DNA from: a virus
Lineage: Duplodnaviria; Heunggongvirae; Uroviricota; Caudoviricetes
Direction: 5' to 3' (one strand)
Virus record (IMG/VR): IMGVR_UViG_3300031555_005217
Coordinates: 135,047-156,901 of that record
Length of the DNA stretch: 21,855 bases
How positions within the stretch are numbered: position 1 is the stretch's first letter; each line of letters starts with the position of its first letter. Position numbers and translations under genes: made by a program. The notes under the pieces are model-generated. The model had not been told where the DNA came from, did no database searches, and worked only from the letters and a program-made list of their open reading frames with translations. This document shows, in pieces, positions 1 through 7,365 of this stretch.

Positions 1-1263
1 TCTGTTAGTAGTAGCACCATCAAATTCCATATCACTTACAATCATAATTTGAGAAGGAATTTCTTCTTGCTTCATATTATGATCTTTTGCAGTCTTTAAG
101 ATTAAATCAAATACTGATTCTAAATTTGTATTGCTACAATCATCATAATCAGCTAAATAATCTAATTTACTATGTAATGAAGAAAGCTCAGTTAAATCTA
201 CCATTTGAGGTCTACTTGAGAAAGTAATAAACTTATTCTTAAAGTCGCCTTGTAATCTTTCAGCACAGTAAACTGTTAAGGCTGAAGCTACATCAATTGC
301 TTGAACGTTGCTACCTGATTGAATAGTTTGATACATTGAACCTGAACCATCTCTTACGACAATAGTATTATTCATACCTTCCATTTGAGGTAAGTTCTTC
401 CATAATTGTTCTAGTGTTTCATCATAAGCTTGTACTCTACGTGACCAACCATTACCCATATACTTACTTACAATATCATGTGGAAAGTTAACTGAAGAAT
501 TAATCTTTACTGACTTATCTCCTACTACTAATTTTGCTAAATATTCACGACGTCTTTCTTCATCATGTTTTAAGAAGGCATTTTTATACTTTAAATTAGC
601 TCTAGATGGAACAGTATTGTAATTAATATCTCCCCACTTATTATCAGATGTCTTTACTTCTACTATATCTAAATAAGCTCTTAATGAAGACATTAATTGT
701 CTATATTCCTTTTCACTAGAACCAAACTTCTTAGCAATCTTTAAAGCTAACTTTCTAGCATTACGGTTACCATTAATACTTGGCATCCACTTAGCCAATA
801 AAGAAATAGGAGTACCATTTTGCATACCAGTAAAATCATCTAATAATTGTTTCTTTAAAGATTCAATTAAATAATCTTCATGCTTAGTATCCATAAATAC
901 AAGTAAATCATCATAACGACCATACTCAGGAATGTATTCATCGATAATACTCTTTACAATATTATCATCGTTCATATGCTTAATTAATTCATTAATACAT
1001 ACTCGGAATAAACGTCTTTCACCAAGACCTTCTCTTGCATCTCTTACCATAAATAAGAATCTTAAGGCATACTTAGAATCATTAGTATCCTTTAAGATAG
1101 CAACGAAGTCTTCAGCTATCTTAGATTCAGACATATTTCTATATGAACTGATTCTGAAATTCATATCAACTAATGGATGGTAAGTAGTCTTATAACCAAC
1201 CATACCATTTTCAGTTACAGAAACATTATCCATTGTTTGTTGCATTTTATTATAAAAACTCAT
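1..1263 (-). CDS. DUF2828-family protein with C-terminal vWA domain (TROVE/Ro60-like architecture), 3' end outside window
   Basis: Missing from the ORF track. I translated 421 open codons from ATG at 1263 (RBS GAAAGGAAG): MSFYNKMQQTMDNVSVTENGMVGY...VRDAREGLGERRLFR...IPEYGRYDDL...LLAKWMPS...VPSRA...VVRDGSGSM (MIDAS DxSxS)...FITFSSRP...SNTNLESVFDLIL...VSDMEFD. I recognise these as DUF2828 motifs. Confidence 0.88.
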   Translation of the reverse strand, partial: MSFYNKMQQTMDNVSVTENGMVGYKTTYHPLVDMNFRISSYRNMSESKIAEDFVAILKDTNDSKYALRFLFMVRDAREGLGERRLFRVCINELIKHMNDDNIVKSIIDEYIPEYGRYDDLLVFMDTKHEDYLIESLKKQLLDDFTGMQNGTPISLLAKWMPSINGNRNARKLALKIAKKFGSSEKEYRQLMSSLRAYLDIVEVKTSDNKWGDINYNTVPSRANLKYKNAFLKHDEERRREYLAKLVVGDKSVKINSSVNFPHDIVSKYMGNGWSRRVQAYDETLEQLWKNLPQMEGMNNTIVVRDGSGSMYQTIQSGSNVQAIDVASALTVYCAERLQGDFKNKFITFSSRPQMVDLTELSSLHSKLDYLADYDDCSNTNLESVFDLILKTAKDHNMKQEEIPSQIMIVSDMEFDGATTNR

Positions 1264-1441
1264 AATATCAACTTCCTTTCAATTTTAATTATTTTCAATA
1301 CTACTATTTATTATACAATAAAAACTTTAAAAATAAATTAAAGCATCTAAATTCGCTCTATAACAAGTTTTATTTATTTTAATATACATTTAATAACCTT
1401 TTAAAATAAACGCTTTTATAATTAAAATTTAACAAAATAAA

Positions 1442-1461
1442 AAGGGTTATTTAAAACCCTT
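1442..1461 (-). terminator. Rho-independent terminator
   Basis: AAGGGTT/AACCCTT inverted repeat, followed by a T-run on the minus strand, just after the stop of 1467..1907. Confidence 0.7.
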
Positions 1462-1466
1462 AATTC

Positions 1467-1907
1467 TTAAGCTAATACATATTTATCAACAAATTCTTCT
1501 ACTGAATTATAAATCTTACCTTCATCCCCATAATCCAAATAATCTTCTTCATCAAATAGACCAACATATAAATGAACTCTACCTTTAGAATCTAATTCTG
1601 CTGAGAATGCTTTATATCCTTCCTGAGTTAATAAATCATCAAATATATAATCATCTAATTCCTCTTCATCAAGATATTCCTGAGCTAAGTCATTATATTC
1701 ACTTTCATCGAACAAGACATAAACTCCACATCCATATGTATCAGGATCACCACTAATATCTATCCAGTGAATTTTATATTCAGGTGAAACCAATTCCCAC
1801 ATCTTATCTAAAAATTTATTGTCCTTTTTACGATAATCCAAATTAATAGGACTATTACTTTCTTTTAAATTTAAGTGTCTTAATGCTTCTAATATTACGT
1901 TTGACAT
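1467..1907 (-). CDS. hypothetical acidic protein, 146 aa (possible virion-packaged protein)
   Basis: RBS AAGGAG, TAA stop. N-terminus has ILEA/LKES motifs. Upstream CTAAATTATA motif is shared with the 968-aa gene. Confidence 0.8.
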   Translation of the reverse strand: MSNVILEALRHLNLKESNSPINLDYRKKDNKFLDKMWELVSPEYKIHWIDISGDPDTYGCGVYVLFDESEYNDLAQEYLDEEELDDYIFDDLLTQEGYKAFSAELDSKGRVHLYVGLFDEEDYLDYGDEGKIYNSVEEFVDKYVLA

Positions 1908-1952
1908 TTATAACTTCTCCTTATAATATATATATTTATATATAATTTAGTA

Positions 1953-2420
1953 TTAAATATTTTCTTTATTCTTTAAAATTTGTTGTTTGGTGTTATAAGG
2001 AATAGCTAACCATAAAGGTGAGAAGCTAGCTCCATCCCAAAACAACCATTTATATATTTTATTGTCTGGATCGAATAAATACATATATTCTTGACAATAA
2101 TCTAAATAATTCATATTATAATTATCTCGATGTATAAATTTAGGTTTAATATCTTCCCAATCTTCACCTTTACGATCTTTATAAGCAACAGTTAAATCAC
2201 TTTCTAAACATTTAGGCCATTTCCAATATTCAGGTTTAGAAATAGGTTCAGGTCCAAGAGCTGAAAGATCACCTAATGAAATTAATGATTCTACTTTTTC
2301 TTTAGTATCATAATGAGCTTGTAATGTTACTCCTACTCCTTTAATATAACCATCATTATGACAATAAATAAATTCTACATCATTATCTTTTAAAATACCA
2401 ATTAAACTTCTTGTTGACAT
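1953..2420 (-). CDS. phage hypothetical protein, 155 aa (MSTRS...YCHxDGY type)
   Basis: ATG start with purine-rich RBS, TAA stop. The MSTRSxIG...IYCHNDGY...LGDLSxLG pattern is one I recall from phage hypothetical proteins. Confidence 0.85.
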   Translation of the reverse strand: MSTRSLIGILKDNDVEFIYCHNDGYIKGVGVTLQAHYDTKEKVESLISLGDLSALGPEPISKPEYWKWPKCLESDLTVAYKDRKGEDWEDIKPKFIHRDNYNMNYLDYCQEYMYLFDPDNKIYKWLFWDGASFSPLWLAIPYNTKQQILKNKENI

Positions 2421-2483
2421 ACGCTTTTATTCCCCTTTTTAATTTTAAAATTATATACAATGTTTAAATTAAAATTTTAATTA

Positions 2484-2510
2484 TATAAAGCAACTTATTG
2501 TTGCTTTATA
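2484..2510 (-). terminator. Rho-independent terminator
   Basis: TATAAAGCAAC/GTTGCTTTATA 11-bp inverted repeat overlapping the stop of 2495..2809. Confidence 0.65.
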
Positions 2511-2809
2511 TAATTGTTAAATAATTGAGATATTATATTAGGAATATATTGACGTAAATTAGATTGATAAGTAATTTGTGTTTGTTTAATATTATTAATA
2601 TAATAAGTTAAATTTCTAGTATTAATTTGTAATTCGATTAAATTATCGTTATGAAATATGCCAATTTCGAGTAATGTTGGTGCGCTTATATTTTTTTGAT
2701 AAAATTCGTCGTGAATATTATCGATATAAGCTACGTTAAAATTGTTTGATAATAATTGATTTTTGATTTGTTTAATTAATTTTTTGTTTAAAAAGAATTT
2801 TGTTTGCAT
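2495..2809 (-). CDS. hypothetical protein, 104 aa
   Basis: RBS AGGAGG, own promoter, terminator overlapping the stop. Confidence 0.75.
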   Translation of the reverse strand: MQTKFFLNKKLIKQIKNQLLSNNFNVAYIDNIHDEFYQKNISAPTLLEIGIFHNDNLIELQINTRNLTYYINNIKQTQITYQSNLRQYIPNIISQLFNNYIKQQ

Positions 2810-2825
2810 GTTTTATTTCCTCCTA

Positions 2826-2871
2826 TTTACATATATAATTATATATTATTTTAATGTTAAATTCAAATGCA
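2826..2871 (-). promoter_or_regulatory. class I early promoter
   Basis: TGC-AT-TTGAAT-N17-TATAAT-N6-TGTAAA. Confidence 0.8.
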
Positions 2872-2883
2872 TATAAATAAAAA

Positions 2884-2909
2884 AATAATAAGGATTATTC
2901 CTTATTATT
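2884..2909 (-). terminator. Rho-independent terminator
   Basis: AATAATAAGGA/TCCTTATTATT 11-bp inverted repeat at the stop of 2895..3173. Confidence 0.6.
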
Positions 2910-3173
2910 TTTTATTTTTTGATAGTTGTTATAATAAGTGCATTTCTTTTCAGCTTCATTTAAAGTATCGAATACACCTATAACTTCTTGTAATTTATTA
3001 TCTGCTTGTAATCTAATAGTTAATGGTTCATAAATTAAATTTGATTTAGAAGTATAAATTACTTGATAATTAATAGCTTTGTTTCGACACGTTGCTTCGG
3101 ATACATTGCCTATTATAAAATAGAATTGTGAATTTGGTGATGAAGTTTTAAAAGTTTGTGAATTAATATACAT
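2895..3173 (-). CDS. hypothetical protein, 92 aa
   Basis: RBS AAGGAGG, own class I promoter at 3190-3235, TAA stop. Confidence 0.75.
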   Translation of the reverse strand: MYINSQTFKTSSPNSQFYFIIGNVSEATCRNKAINYQVIYTSKSNLIYEPLTIRLQADNKLQEVIGVFDTLNEAEKKCTYYNNYQKIKNNKE

Positions 3174-3247
3174 GTTTATATCCTCCTTATGTACATTTAT
3201 AATTATAATTTAAATTAACATTTAATTCTAACCCATATAAAAAGAAA

Positions 3248-3267
3248 AAAGGCTATTATCAGCCTTT
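3248..3267 (-). terminator. Rho-independent terminator
   Basis: AAAGGCT/AGCCTTT inverted repeat plus T-run. Confidence 0.7.
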
Positions 3268-3300
3268 ATATAAATTTGTAAAATTGTTTAAGAACTTTTA

Positions 3301-3588
3301 TTAAAGTCCCAAACAATTCTTAATATCATCTTCAGCATCAAAATATCTCATTGGATAGCCGACTCCTATTACTAATCCTTTACTGCCATCCTCATACTCA
3401 ACTAATTCTACAAATTCTAAACCACATAATTTTTCTTCATATTTTTCCTTAACTGCTAACCAACCTAAATGTTTTCCTAATCCTTCATTTTCACAACTTT
3501 CTGCTTTCACCTCATCTTCTTTTAAACCAACATCATCTGCTATCTCTTTGTGACTTTTTAAATTATAATACTTCTTCCAGTTTAACAT
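3301..3588 (-). CDS. hypothetical protein, 95 aa
   Basis: ATG with purine-rich RBS, own promoter, downstream terminator. Confidence 0.8.
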   Translation of the reverse strand: MLNWKKYYNLKSHKEIADDVGLKEDEVKAESCENEGLGKHLGWLAVKEKYEEKLCGLEFVELVEYEDGSKGLVIGVGYPMRYFDAEDDIKNCLGL

Positions 3589-3610
3589 AATTTTATTTCC
3601 TCTATCTTTC

Positions 3611-3655
3611 TTTACGATTATATTATATAATAAAATGACATATTTTTCAAAAGCA
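3611..3655 (-). promoter_or_regulatory. class I early promoter
   Basis: TGC-TT-TTGAAA-N17-TATAAT-N5-CGTAAA. Confidence 0.8.
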
Positions 3656-3666
3656 TATAAAAAGAA

Positions 3667-3690
3667 AACGATCTTTTAATTAAGATCGTT
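3667..3690 (-). terminator. Rho-independent terminator closing the tRNA/ncRNA unit
   Basis: AACGATCTT/AAGATCGTT 9-bp inverted repeat followed by TTCTTTTT on the minus strand. Confidence 0.75.
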
Positions 3691-3850
3691 TATAAAAAGG
3701 AGGTATGCAAACTTTTATTTTGAAAGGAGGATAATAAGGTAAGACCTAGCATAGCAGAGTCGGCCACACAATCTTTTTCCAAGCATTTAGCTCCACATAG
3801 AAGTATCTACTCACACTATCTATGATACCTAATTTCTAAACCTTATTTTA
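3667..3850 (-). ncRNA. candidate sRNA: long irregular hairpin plus two anti-Shine-Dalgarno tracts
   Basis: No ORF. Closing stem 3733-3740/3840-3847 (8 bp perfect) with further inner helices. ACCUCCUUU (3696-3704) and CCUCCUUU (3723-3730) lie just before the terminator. Confidence 0.45.
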
Positions 3851-3872
3851 TATTATAACTTACATTAAACTT

Positions 3873-3949
3873 TGGTGGACCCGGAGGGGCTCGAACCCGC
3901 GACCCGCACATTATGAGTGTGCCGCTCTAACCAACTGAGCTACGGGTCC
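3873..3949 (-). tRNA. tRNA with CAT anticodon, probably tRNA-Ile2 (lysidine type) rather than Met
   Basis: 77-nt cloverleaf. GGACCCG/CGGGTCC acceptor stem, GCACA-CTCATAA-TGTGC anticodon arm, GGTTCGA T-loop, encoded CCA. The GGACC acceptor resembles Bacillus/Mycoplasma tRNA-Ile2. Confidence 0.93.
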
Positions 3950-4196
3950 AAGAAAGAAAACGGGTCGCGCTGTGAATGCTACCGTCATTACATCCTCTGA
4001 AGTTTTTCTCGCTCCTTAACAGCTTTCAGGAGTTAGGATCACGCGTCTTACTTCCAACCTTTTTGAGGAACTGATCTCACTGTTCACCTTGGCGCCCCTC
4101 ACAAGCTAGCTTCGGCAATTGCCTGTCAAACTAATTTCTTTTACTTGGCGCAAGTGTCTCCGGGTTTATAAGAGTTTTCCTTCTCGAGTTAACTTA
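3950..4196 (-). ncRNA. candidate ~235-245 nt structured RNA between tRNA-Lys and tRNA-CAT, unclassified
   Basis: About 45% GC by hand count (111/247) in an otherwise very AT-rich context, with no credible ORF. 11-bp closing helix 4174-4184 with 3951-3961, plus several nested stems. Confidence 0.6.
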
Positions 4197-4272
4197 TGGT
4201 GAGATCGGAGAGATTCGAACTCTCGACCCCATGATTAAAAGTCATGTGCTCTACCATCTGAGCTACGATCTC
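4197..4272 (-). tRNA. tRNA-Lys(TTT)
   Basis: 76 nt. GAGATCG/CGATCTC acceptor stem, CATGA-CTTTTAA-TCATG anticodon arm, GTTCGAA T-loop, encoded CCA. Confidence 0.96.
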
Positions 4273-4303
4273 AAGTAATTATTAACTATGTATTTATATA
4301 CAA

Positions 4304-4465
4304 TTAATAATTATTATAATCTACTTTTTTAGCTCTTTTTCTATTATAAACTTTTTTAGATTGAACAATATTCATTCTAGTTTTCTTTTGAACTTCTAAA
4401 TGTAATTTGTTTGGAATGTTAACTGGCTTTTGTTCCTTGCCATCAATTTTACCTTTAATTTGCAT
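4304..4465 (-). CDS. small basic protein, 53 aa, ArfA-like C-terminal motif (tentative)
   Basis: Missing from the ORF track. RBS AAGGAG 9 nt upstream, class I promoter at 4482-4526. MQIKGKIDGKEQKPVNIPNKLHLEVQKKTRMNIVQSKKVYNRKRAKKVDYNNY*. Confidence 0.75.
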   Translation of the reverse strand: MQIKGKIDGKEQKPVNIPNKLHLEVQKKTRMNIVQSKKVYNRKRAKKVDYNNY

Positions 4466-4481
4466 TTGAATCATCTCCTTA

Positions 4482-4526
4482 TTACATTAATAATTATATA
4501 ATATTTTAACAAGATATTCAAATCCA
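4482..4526 (-). promoter_or_regulatory. class I early promoter
   Basis: TGG-AT-TTGAAT-N17-TATAAT-N6-TGTAAT. Confidence 0.75.
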
Positions 4527-4563
4527 TATAAATAATAATAAGCCATATAAGCTTTTAATATTT

Positions 4564-4654
4564 TGGCGGAGCGTGAGGGGTTCGAACCCTCGCATCCAAT
4601 TAAGGACCTAAGACGTTAGCAGTGTCTTCTCTTCACCAACTTGAGTAACGCTCC
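4564..4654 (-). tRNA. tRNA-Ser(GCT)
   Basis: 91 nt. GGAGCGT/ACGCTCC acceptor stem, G discriminator, CT-GCT-AA loop (one mismatch in the anticodon stem), long variable arm, GTTCGAA T-loop, encoded CCA. Confidence 0.93.
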
Positions 4655-4722
4655 ATTTAACGTCTCCTTCCTTTGCGGAGACGAGTCCGTTCAGTGGACC
4701 ATGCATAATATTATACAATTAG

Positions 4723-5049
4723 TTAATTATAATTATACCCAGGTAATTTAAATCTACCATTGTTTTCAGTTAGATGTTTATCAATAGCTTCAACTGATTC
4801 AAAATCAATATAGCGAGCATGATAAGGAAAGTTAACTGAAATATATCCTTTAGCAATCTTATCTTTTATTACTTCAGGATCTTCATCATCACCAGTCCAC
4901 CATCTATCACCAGGATTAAAATCTAAAGATGTAATTACTTCCAAATTATTACTATCTTCATCAGGTTCCACATAACTATAGAATTCACATCCGGCTTTTT
5001 TTGGATTACTTAAATCAGGCCACTTTGCAAATAAATCATTTATTGTCAT
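4723..5049 (-). CDS. hypothetical protein, 108 aa
   Basis: ATG with RBS GAAGGAAAGG, TAA stop. Confidence 0.8.
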   Translation of the reverse strand: MTINDLFAKWPDLSNPKKAGCEFYSYVEPDEDSNNLEVITSLDFNPGDRWWTGDDEDPEVIKDKIAKGYISVNFPYHARYIDFESVEAIDKHLTENNGRFKLPGYNYN

Positions 5050-5092
5050 AATATTTACCTTTCCTTCTTATTATGTTTTTATTATAATATAT

Positions 5093-5443
5093 TTAGCTTA
5101 AAGTTTCAAAACCAGCATTAAGACTTTTTATACATTCAATTAATTCTTCTTTAGTCTCAAAACCATAATTACCAGGTAATATTCCTAAACCATCATTTTC
5201 TACATCTTCGATTGTTAAAGGTTGAATTGTAGTTTCTAATAATTTAATTAACTCTTCCTTATGAGTGAAGTGAAAGAAACCTCCCATAGAATCAGTACTA
5301 TAATGTGTAGGATTTAACCAGCAAATATTTAAGCCAGGTTCCATACTATCACAGTCCCATTCAAATTCTTTTATACATGGATACTTAGCTTTTAACTTTT
5401 CTCCATATTTTTCTTTTCTTTCATATTTAGTTAGCTTTGTCAT
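5093..5443 (-). CDS. hypothetical protein, 116 aa
   Basis: RBS AAAGGAG, class I promoter at 5472-5505. Confidence 0.8.
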   Translation of the reverse strand: MTKLTKYERKEKYGEKLKAKYPCIKEFEWDCDSMEPGLNICWLNPTHYSTDSMGGFFHFTHKEELIKLLETTIQPLTIEDVENDGLGILPGNYGFETKEELIECIKSLNAGFETLS

Positions 5444-5519
5444 AAATTAATTCTCCTTTCCTTTCAATAATATTATAATATATTTTTGCTTAGTTTTAAA
5501 CTGCATATTAAATAATAAA

Positions 5520-5539
5520 AAGAGGTTTTTCAACCTCTT
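5520..5539 (-). terminator. Rho-independent terminator
   Basis: AAGAGGTT/AACCTCTT inverted repeat plus T-run, 1 nt after the stop of 5541..5912. Confidence 0.75.
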
Positions 5540-5540
5540 A

Positions 5541-5912
5541 TTAATTATTTAAGAATTCTTTTGTATCTGCAATCGATGAATGGAATGCAAAATCTTTACC
5601 ATCATCTCTAATACAAATTACTGGATACTTTTTACCATATTCATAATCAACCACTTTAAATCTATGTCTTCCTTCAATAAAACTTTTTCCATAAATATTT
5701 TTAAACCAAGTTAAATTATCTAAAGCTCTTTGAGTTTGAGCTTTAATACCAGATGAGTTTACATTATTTACACGTAAAGTAAGTGAAAAGTGATCATTCG
5801 AATATGAAGCACCACCTGCATCAATATTCACTCCATATTTATTTGCCACTTCTTTTAAAGCAGCTTCTACATCTTTCCTAAAATTGTTTAAACTTTCTTT
5901 TGTAATTAACAT
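5541..5912 (-). CDS. phage hypothetical protein, 123 aa
   Basis: RBS GAGGA, own promoter and terminator. The R.DVEAAL..VA.KYG pattern is recalled from large phages. Confidence 0.85.
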   Translation of the reverse strand: MLITKESLNNFRKDVEAALKEVANKYGVNIDAGGASYSNDHFSLTLRVNNVNSSGIKAQTQRALDNLTWFKNIYGKSFIEGRHRFKVVDYEYGKKYPVICIRDDGKDFAFHSSIADTKEFLNN

Positions 5913-5972
5913 ATATATTTCCTCCTATTTACATTTATAATTATATAATAAAATGTTCAAAAATCAACTGCA

Positions 5973-6344
5973 TTATAAAAACATCATACCTATACGAGGT
6001 TTCTTATTATGTGCTAACCTAATATCAAATACATTAGTTCCATCATGGTGTGAACATTCAACAATTAATTTCCCATCCACATCACTGATTTTTAATTCCT
6101 CTGTATTATCTCCAATACAACGTTTGATAGCTGTTTCCAAATCAGTTTCTTTTTCAGGGATAATTTCTTTCTTACCATTCCATAAACCTAACGTACCAGT
6201 TATTGTTGCCTCACCTTCAACTTCACCAATTACATCTAACACGTAATCTAATTCAGTTTTCATTGCATCATGGACAACATCCCATTCATCAGGATCCTCA
6301 CAAATATAATCAGCACTGTTAAATAAAATTTTTTCTTTTGCCAT
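5973..6344 (-). CDS. phage hypothetical protein, 123 aa
   Basis: RBS AGGAG, class I promoter at 6366-6410, natural-looking protein (TLGLWNG motif). Confidence 0.85.
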   Translation of the reverse strand: MAKEKILFNSADYICEDPDEWDVVHDAMKTELDYVLDVIGEVEGEATITGTLGLWNGKKEIIPEKETDLETAIKRCIGDNTEELKISDVDGKLIVECSHHDGTNVFDIRLAHNKKPRIGMMFL

Positions 6345-6507
6345 ACTCTTATTCTCCTATTTATCTTTACACATATATTTTATAATATTTTAAATAAACT
6401 TTCAATCGCATATAAAAATTATTAATAGTTCTTAAAAGCTTATTTAAAGCGGCTATATAACAGTTTAGATTTAATAGAATATAAATTATAAATAAGAAAT
6501 AAAAAAA

Positions 6508-6530
6508 AAAGGATTTAAAAGAAATCCTTT
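6508..6530 (-). terminator. Rho-independent terminator
   Basis: AAAGGATTT/AAATCCTTT inverted repeat followed by a long T-run on the minus strand, directly after the stop at 6531. Confidence 0.8.
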
Positions 6531-7310
6531 TTACTTAAGAACTTGTGTTCTCTCTGCATTATAATGAGTTACTGGATGATCTCCATACTTCTCAAGATAT
6601 AATGCTCTTACATAATCCACCGCTTGTTGTGGATTTCCATCTAATGCAACTTCAACTACATCGGCACATAGCTTACTCCAATAAGTTATATTTTCTAACA
6701 TCAATTCCGTAGTAATATCTCCACAACCAGCTGCTCTACATTCCCAAACCTCTGAAGGAATATTTCCAGTAATGAAGTTTCCAAAACCAATATTATTTCT
6801 TCTAAAGAATTCATCAGCTCTACACCAAATCACAAATAACTTCTTATCTTTTAGTAATTCAGCATGTGAAGAATTAATGATACTTCCTCCAGCTTGAACA
6901 TTAATTAAACCACCTGGAGTTCCATGTCCTAACATTACAATTCTATCATGAGATTGAATAAGTTGTCTTAACTCTTCATCAGCTATGCAACCATCGTTTA
7001 CAACATCCCAACCTTTTCCAGCATAGATTTGAGAAAGCATGTCAGTACTTCTATCAGCACAGTGAATAACTAAAGTATCTGATTTGTTAAGCTTATCTAC
7101 AAAACCAGTTTTAGTTTGTCTATTATTTCTATACCAGGAATTAGAACTTCTTACATATCCATCATTCTCAGTATCTTCAATTTTATTTTTATTACTAATT
7201 GTTTTTTGAATTCTTTTTTGTCTCTCTTTAGCTTCAGGACTTACATCTTTTCCATAATCATAAGGATAATCAAAATCAAACCAAAATTTTCTTGCTTTCA
7301 TAAAAGTCAT
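6531..7310 (-). CDS. 259-aa protein with possible caspase/gingipain-fold (clan CD) cysteine peptidase domain
   Basis: RBS AAAGGAG. Strand-His-Gly motif IVMLGHG followed ~30 aa later by strand-Cys LFVIWC. Confidence 0.8.
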   Translation of the reverse strand: MTFMKARKFWFDFDYPYDYGKDVSPEAKERQKRIQKTISNKNKIEDTENDGYVRSSNSWYRNNRQTKTGFVDKLNKSDTLVIHCADRSTDMLSQIYAGKGWDVVNDGCIADEELRQLIQSHDRIVMLGHGTPGGLINVQAGGSIINSSHAELLKDKKLFVIWCRADEFFRRNNIGFGNFITGNIPSEVWECRAAGCGDITTELMLENITYWSKLCADVVEVALDGNPQQAVDYVRALYLEKYGDHPVTHYNAERTQVLK

Positions 7311-7365
7311 CTCCTTTATTTACATTTATATTATATATTAGATTTAGCTTTTTTACTACACCAAA

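Noticed and set aside
3705-3734. Plus-strand 9-codon ORF MQTFILKGG
   Set aside because: SD-to-ATG spacing is 1 nt, no plus-strand promoter is evident, and it opposes the transcription direction of the whole region
3950-4196. Assignment of the spacer RNA to RNase P, T-box, tmRNA, raiA motif or group I/II intron
   Set aside because: Only short word matches (GAGCGAGAAA, AGGUUGGAA..CGCG, GAAGUAAG, CUCCUGAAAGC). Required cores (P4 pairing, antiterminator, tRNA-like ends, P7 or D5) were not found.
4655-4700. Pistol or HDV/theta ribozyme next to the tRNAs
   Set aside because: Hairpin+UUAAAU resembles pistol P1, but no downstream pseudoknot partner exists. No nested double pseudoknot was recognised 3' of any tRNA.
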